NCBI GenBank assembly: GCA_040285825.1 | Contig: JAUPSS010000002.1 | Span: 3,844,001 to 3,908,000, forward strand | DNA from: Eukaryota sp. TZLM1-RC | Lineage: Eukaryota > Protista > Metamonada: BaSk clade | Reading direction: 5' to 3' | Length of the DNA: 64,000 nucleotides | The notes under the pieces: model-generated | Database searches by the model: none | The model's input: the letters and a program-made list of their open reading frames with translations, nothing else | Told to the model about the DNA's origin: nothing | Translations under genes and position numbers: made by a program | Part shown: piece after piece, positions 58,241-64,000 of the stretch | Layout: every line of letters starts with the position of its first letter | Numbering within the stretch: position 1 is the stretch's first letter

Positions 58241-59827
58241 ATGACAGCTTCACATGTTTCTTCTCAGATTCAAATTGAGCTCTCGAAACTTAGGAAAGAT
58301 AGAGAAGCTATAATCAGCAAAACTTGTGCTTTGCGTTCCCATTCTTATCAATTAGTGGACGGTAAGCGTAACTACCGTAGATTTAGCAAGTATCTCTCCA
58401 AAACTCAACAAAATATTCAGGAATTGTCAGAACAACTAGAGTCTCCAGAAGATGCCACAACTAATACCAATAAACAATATCAGCCAAAGGAGACATCCAC
58501 AGTACCGCATATTCCGGTATTAACCTTGACCGAATCACATCCAAAAGCAACCATACCACAAAAGCCCCGAACCTTTAGTTCCATTGAAACCCCCAGGTGT
58601 AAGTCCACAGCAGCCCGTAGACATTTCCATCAAAAACAATGCACAAGATCAGTGAATCCCAGGTCAAGACCCCCATCAAATAGAAGTTCCATCTTCACCA
58701 GCACTTCCATAGCCTCTCTCTCATCCATACCATCCCGTCCTTGCTGTGTCTCCTCTTCGTGGGGCGATCATGGGGTGCGGTTCTGCATGTCACCTTCTCA
58801 AGAACCTCTTCCACTTTGGAAAGCTCTATTCGAGGCTGGGACAATGCGACATTTACCTGTATTCTTTTCATTTGAGTGTACACGTGATTGCATAACCCTA
58901 ACCAAAAGAACCTCTCCTCTTACTATTCCCTCCTTCAACACCCTCTCAAGTCTATGCTCGCTACCCTCACTGTGTTTTCCTTTTTGGCATTCGTATGAAT
59001 TAACGAAGGAGAATGGGGTTGTAGAGGAAGTGCAGGATGAGGTGTACAGAGATGCAGTTTTTTCATCAGAAGCATTACAGGTCATTATTCATGAATTTTG
59101 GTCGCTCAGTCAAGAGAATTCTTTAGTTTCGAAAGACGAATATGTAGTTTTAAATTTAAGAATAGCGAAATCTTTATTTCCATTAGAAGAATTTGATAAT
59201 TTTGAAGCTGGAATACGGAAACTGATTGAGAATGATTGGGAAATTGATTGTTCCATGTCACAGGGTAGTAATTGTTTATGTCCAGGTTCTTTTTATTGTT
59301 CAATTCTATCCTTAGCTCATCAATGGTGTGGCTGGATGTCAATTGAAATTTTTGATGAGTTTTTAAAAGATCTTTTGAGCTCTATTTCAGATGTTTCAAA
59401 ATTTGGAAAACGAAAAGCCAAGTTATTGACTAGTATTTATAATAATGGTTTTTTGAAAGCAAATTTATCTTGTTGTTTGGGATTTTATTCCCCAAATTGT
59501 TTTGAAAATTTAGCAAAGTTGGACAAATCAAATTCAAATTTTGATCACCTAGCTCTTGATTTTAGTAAATTACCACCTTCCAGTAGTTTTGGAAAGAATA
59601 GTTTTTCCAGGTCTAATAATCAACGACGACTTTCGACCACCAGGAATCTAACTGATACTAGGATGATCTCTTCTCGATCGTCACATCACGGGTTGACACG
59701 TGTCATTGTGTCACGTGCTAGTCACGATAATAGAGGGTTTGGAAAGTTAAGTAATGAAGGATTGTTGAGAGGAAGTGTTATGGAAAGATGCCTGACTCCT
59801 CGTTTTGTAAATAAACATCATAATTAA
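58241..59827 (+). CDS. Hypothetical protein (coiled-coil N-terminus, degenerate EF-hand-like central domain)
   Basis: First in-frame ATG at 58241; motif EFW...VSKDEYVVLNLRIAKSL...ENDWEID...LAHQW. Confidence 0.75.
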   Translation: MTASHVSSQIQIELSKLRKDREAIISKTCALRSHSYQLVDGKRNYRRFSKYLSKTQQNIQELSEQLESPEDATTNTNKQYQPKETSTVPHIPVLTLTESHPKATIPQKPRTFSSIETPRCKSTAARRHFHQKQCTRSVNPRSRPPSNRSSIFTSTSIASLSSIPSRPCCVSSSWGDHGVRFCMSPSQEPLPLWKALFEAGTMRHLPVFFSFECTRDCITLTKRTSPLTIPSFNTLSSLCSLPSLCFPFWHSYELTKENGVVEEVQDEVYRDAVFSSEALQVIIHEFWSLSQENSLVSKDEYVVLNLRIAKSLFPLEEFDNFEAGIRKLIENDWEIDCSMSQGSNCLCPGSFYCSILSLAHQWCGWMSIEIFDEFLKDLLSSISDVSKFGKRKAKLLTSIYNNGFLKANLSCCLGFYSPNCFENLAKLDKSNSNFDHLALDFSKLPPSSSFGKNSFSRSNNQRRLSTTRNLTDTRMISSRSSHHGLTRVIVSRASHDNRGFGKLSNEGLLRGSVMERCLTPRFVNKHHN

Positions 59828-59879
59828 TTTAATAATTTATGGTATTTATTTATGGTTATTTATGGTATTCATCTTTTGA

Positions 59880-60570
59880 ACTGCATTTCATTACGTTTAG
59901 AAGCAAAGTGCATAATAACGTCAGGGACCAAATTTATGTAATGTGCAAATCATATCGAGTAGATTCCTTTTTAGAACCGCTGTTATCAAAATTAATTCTT
60001 GATGATCCCAATATTGTTAGTACGCGTTACAACAGAGCTTCTATGGATCTGGCAAGAGGTGATCTAGTTGTTCCTGGTTTAAATGGTAGTTTTACTATCT
60101 TGGACGCCATGTCTATTGACCCTTGTAATTCCTCTAACGAACATCTCATTAACTCGGATGTAAATAATCCTCTTCTTGCAGGCGAAAAATATAAAATTGC
60201 TAAATATGCGAAACCCATTTCCTCGGTTAATGAAATTTCTCATGCCCAATATAATTTATGTCCATTTGTTTTTTCTTTGCTTGGATCTCTAGGTAAGGCT
60301 GCTATGGCTTTCCTTGAGGATTTTGTTGTAGTTGTAAAGGAAAGAACTGGAAGAATTTTCAATCGTGTTCACTGGCAAAACAGAATTGTATTTTCTATTT
60401 TTAAGGGAATGGTAAAACTAATTTCTGATTCACTATCTTCTTTTGGGAAATTTTCTGAATCTTTAGCAATTAATTGTTTTGATGTAGGGGAGGCAGGTTT
60501 TGAGGATGTGGAGTTTTAATTCTGTATTTCATATTTGTTGTTAAATAAAAATAAATAAAAGAAAAAAAAT
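59880..60570 (+). mobile_element. 5'-truncated RLE non-LTR retrotransposon 3' end with A-rich tail (related to 38400-39590)
   Basis: HNNVRDQIYVMCK, RGDLV, ILDAMSID, KIAKY, PFVFSLLG, ends EDVEF*; tail aaataaaaataaataaaagaaaaaaaa. Confidence 0.87.
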
Positions 60571-61163
60571 TATTTATGGTAATTCTATATATAATTTAAA
60601 TAAATGGTAATTTTTTACATAAGATTTTCATATCACCACAATAGAATTAATTATTAATATCCGTTTAGTCATTGATTCATTGACAATGATAATTATTGTT
60701 CAAGAAACACAAAACTAAGCTTATTTCTGTCTCATCTCTGTAGGCGACTCTGGTTTTGCATCGCAGATGTGAAGCTTGAAGGTTATTCTCAACCCACTAT
60801 TTGTCTATTTGTTTTACATCCAATAATAATTTAGATTTTTGCCATGAAAACCAAAAATGTTTTGGACGTGAATTATAATAGATCATTATTTGGAACCCTG
60901 AAATAGATTTGAGGTTTTCAGACAGTCCTTACTAAGTCTCATATTGAGCCTCACAACGCCTCATTTTGGATTGATGTTACTTTCTTGTTGAAAATAGAAC
61001 CTAAAAAAATTTATGATCATATACACCGTTAGTTAACAGGATGAATTATCCCAGAAAAGAAAAAAACAGAAAACAAAACAAAACTAATAAATATATTAAT
61101 TGAACATACACACTTAATAAAATAAATTCATAACTGATGGGGCGAAAATCATTGAATTGGTAT

Positions 61164-62525
61164 TCAAGATTTCAAGATAAGAGCTGAAGTTTTGTGAAAT
61201 TCTGAATTAAACAATTCAAAAACATTTTTGGAACACTCAATTAGTTGTAGATTAGGAAAAAGTTCAGAAACATTAAATAATTGTGAATAGTAATTTAAAA
61301 CTAATTCAACAATTAGATTAAATGGACCAAATAATTCAAAAAAATTATTTTCGGTTTCTAACAACGTTAACTTTCGAAGTCGGGGAAAACGATCCAAATT
61401 TTCAACTTTCAACAAATTAACACTTGATAAAAAAAGTGATTCTAGTGAAGGCAAAGATGGCAAGAAGGTCAAATCATCATGGTCACAAGGATCAAGATTT
61501 AAATTTTTCAAATATTGGTAGTTAGGAAAGTACGGCAGATGCTTTTTGACATGCTGAATATTTAAATCATTCAGAAATTTTTGGTCACTGAGCCCTCTGA
61601 TCTCTTCTAGACTTCCAGAAACTCCTAAATTAGCTTGTCGACATCTTGGAGGAAGAGACATCTTTAGCATTCGCGGACACATTAAGATGATGTCAACCAA
61701 AGTGGAGCAAGTAGAGAGACTTAATTCGGATATTTCTATATCAATGACGAAAACCTTTGTTAAATTTGGAAATAGAGGAGCAAAATCAAATTTAAAATCT
61801 GCCATATAAAATAAACTGAGTTCTTTCACACTCATAAACTTACCTAAACCAAGAACTTTTTCCATTCTTACCATTTCCAATTTTTCCAGAAAATTGAATT
61901 CTATAAAATGAAAATCAACCAATGTCCTCCCAAATTTGTTAGGTCCAAATAAGCCAGTACTTAAGGGCTGGCCGTACAGATATAATGACGTGACACTTGG
62001 AGGGAGAGCAAAAATTTGGATATAACATAGGGAGTCGCATGGAATATTGGTATAAATGGATAAGCTTTTCAAGGAAGGAAATTGGCACAGTGTATCCTGC
62101 TTTATTGTCAAGTTTTTCCCAACTGTATGAACAGAGAGATTGGTTAGATTATTGGTAAAAACACTTCCGCGATTGTAGAGTCGTGTTAGTGGTGAGCTGT
62201 GGGGAAACATTGAACGGATCTTTCCAAAAAACGACAGATTGTGTTGATCTATTGAGAGATCTTGTTTGAGCGATTCAAAAGAGTAGCTAATCTCTGGACA
62301 CTGAAGGTGTGTGGTGATCTTATCAATGGTTTGAACAGGGACTGAATCGGAAAAAGAGAGGGAGGCTTTGGACAGAACAAGTGAGGCAAGTGTTTTAGTT
62401 TTACAGCTAATCTGACTGTATTTATTGAGAAACAGTAACGGTTCATTGGAAACTAGACATCCAGACCGACAGTACAACTCGAAAGTCTTGTGTAGAACCA
62501 GATGCCAAAGGGTTCTCGACAGCAT
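61164..62525 (-). CDS. Leucine-rich-repeat protein
   Basis: Repeated (F/L)PxLxxLxL motifs (FPSLKSLSI, LPSLESLFL, FPRLRKLTL). Confidence 0.85.
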   Translation of the reverse strand: MLSRTLWHLVLHKTFELYCRSGCLVSNEPLLFLNKYSQISCKTKTLASLVLSKASLSFSDSVPVQTIDKITTHLQCPEISYSFESLKQDLSIDQHNLSFFGKIRSMFPHSSPLTRLYNRGSVFTNNLTNLSVHTVGKNLTIKQDTLCQFPSLKSLSIYTNIPCDSLCYIQIFALPPSVTSLYLYGQPLSTGLFGPNKFGRTLVDFHFIEFNFLEKLEMVRMEKVLGLGKFMSVKELSLFYMADFKFDFAPLFPNLTKVFVIDIEISELSLSTCSTLVDIILMCPRMLKMSLPPRCRQANLGVSGSLEEIRGLSDQKFLNDLNIQHVKKHLPYFPNYQYLKNLNLDPCDHDDLTFLPSLPSLESLFLSSVNLLKVENLDRFPRLRKLTLLETENNFFELFGPFNLIVELVLNYYSQLFNVSELFPNLQLIECSKNVFELFNSEFHKTSALILKS

Positions 62526-63258
62526 CTAGAATTATACTAAATCTAATCCTTGGCTCAATGAATTTTAGCAACTAATTTTAGCTATTTGATGCTACCAACT
62601 GGCAATTACTAAATACGCACCAATGCTGGTTGGTCATCACAAAGGTCCACATAGTTACATCCAAGCCTTCTTCATCAAGAACTGGAACCGCAATGTTTGT
62701 TTGAATCGGCTTATTAACTGTTATGTTAAGATCTAAAGTATGAAGTGGACATTGATTCATCTATTTAATTGATTTCAATTTTTTCCGAAATTTGTAGTTG
62801 AAGTTCACCAGCCCTTGTGAAGGTTTTAACTTTGAGTGTATAATGTTGCTATATTTTTATGCTAGTTGTTATTATCAATGAAACAACAGTTCTACTGTTT
62901 CTTGTACCTTTTTGGCTGTTTCTTCAGATTCAGTACAGTTTCCATCCATGATTATGTAATAATGCCATTAGCAACATCCCACATACAGAAATTTGCCGCA
63001 AACAAATCAGAAATTATGTGAAGAGTTTGATACTGACAATTTATATAGGAACAAACATTCCAGGACAATGAAAAGGTTTCTCAAATTGAGGTCATTTTTA
63101 CCTATATTCAGCAGGGGTTCGTACACTCAATGCAAAAGCTCAACTCTCCACTCATCATATAGGTTCGAGTAGACTCAGCAACCCGTTGTATGGGGAGGAG
63201 GGGGATAGTATGCTGATACCAGAATTTGCCTGCACACTCCTTCTTTTCTTTCACCTAA

Positions 63259-64000
63259 ATGAGTCTTCGTGGTGCTCTCAGAGATATCACCAACATTTTT
63301 GGGACTTTTAACCGCACATACAAGTCAAAGAGTGTACCTAATGGTTCAACACCACTATCTCCCTTTTCCCAGTTGCGCAACACATCAAGTTCTCCAGCTA
63401 CATCACATCCACAACCTTTAACATCCCCATTACGACCATACTCTGATGTCTCGGATTCTGGTCTCAGCACCGAAAACCTCCTTTCACCCTCTCCCCAGCT
63501 ACCAAGTTCACCTTATCTCGAAGACGTGTCCATGGAGATATCACCTGCCAAGTCGCCCAACAGACCAAATACACTTTCTGAACTACTTACTGCTTTAGAC
63601 GATACACCTGTGCTTGTGTCTCCAAAACGACGTATAACTTCTGTTCCTACCAAAAGAACCAATGAAGGAGATCTCACCATCTCTGACTTAGCAGATTCTC
63701 CAGTAGCCTTGGACCTCGATGTCTCGCTTAATGATGATGTGATTGATGATGTCATCAGTATGATTGAAGAAGAAGTTGTAGAGGGAGCAGAAATGGAAAA
63801 GTTTGATTTTGATTGTCAATTTATGAATGAAATTGAATTGATGAATGCAAATGATTTTAATTCAATAGAACCTTACCTCCAAATAGAAGAAAAACAAAGT
63901 TTATTAGAATTGGATAAAGATGCAGGTTGTAGAAAACGAAAAGCTAAAACAGATTTACAATTAAAGTTCAAAAAAGCTGAACACTTGGTAGGAATTTCAA
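63259..64000 (+). CDS. Disordered protein with N-terminal destruction box and many SP/TP sites (runs off window)
   Basis: ATG at 63259: MSLRGALRDITN (RxxLxDxxN); open to the window end; basic RKRK...KFKK cluster. Absent from the ORF track, presumably because it has no stop in the window. Confidence 0.75.
   Translation, partial: MSLRGALRDITNIFGTFNRTYKSKSVPNGSTPLSPFSQLRNTSSSPATSHPQPLTSPLRPYSDVSDSGLSTENLLSPSPQLPSSPYLEDVSMEISPAKSPNRPNTLSELLTALDDTPVLVSPKRRITSVPTKRTNEGDLTISDLADSPVALDLDVSLNDDVIDDVISMIEEEVVEGAEMEKFDFDCQFMNEIELMNANDFNSIEPYLQIEEKQSLLELDKDAGCRKRKAKTDLQLKFKKAEHLVGIS

Overview
AT-rich, gene-dense, intron-poor eukaryotic DNA in the standard genetic code, most likely from a flagellated protist (inferred from EFHC1/Rib72, UPF0193 and SPATA7-like genes and 32-34 nt spliceosomal introns). 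About 14 host genes are present, including a heptad-repeat coiled-coil protein, a ~5,030-aa repeat-rich multi-pass surface protein, a 4-repeat Myb, a kelch/Cys-rich membrane protein, ZMAT2/Snu23 and an LRR protein. They are interleaved with decayed mobile DNA: RLE-type non-LTR retrotransposons, Ty3/Gypsy (chromovirus-like) elements, hAT DNA transposons and several Fanzor (eukaryotic TnpB) remnants. Main observations: (1) Fanzor remnants of up to three families each sit in sense orientation with their 3' (omegaRNA/guide) end just upstream of a host start codon; one family has a conserved end motif 15-16 nt before the ATG at three loci, and another keeps a clear multi-hairpin omegaRNA. (2) A recent ~22.5-kb inversion (about 31,932-54,437) splits a young Gypsy element and a hAT element nested in a Fanzor reciprocally, resolvable to ~1 nt from reading frames, TSDs and TIR orientation. 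(3) The Gypsy elements have very short LTRs (106-133 bp) that contain the gag start codon, lack a tRNA primer-binding site, and carry a conserved CA-N8-TG inverted repeat where the PBS should be. All calls are by-eye motif recognition; no searches or folding programs were run.
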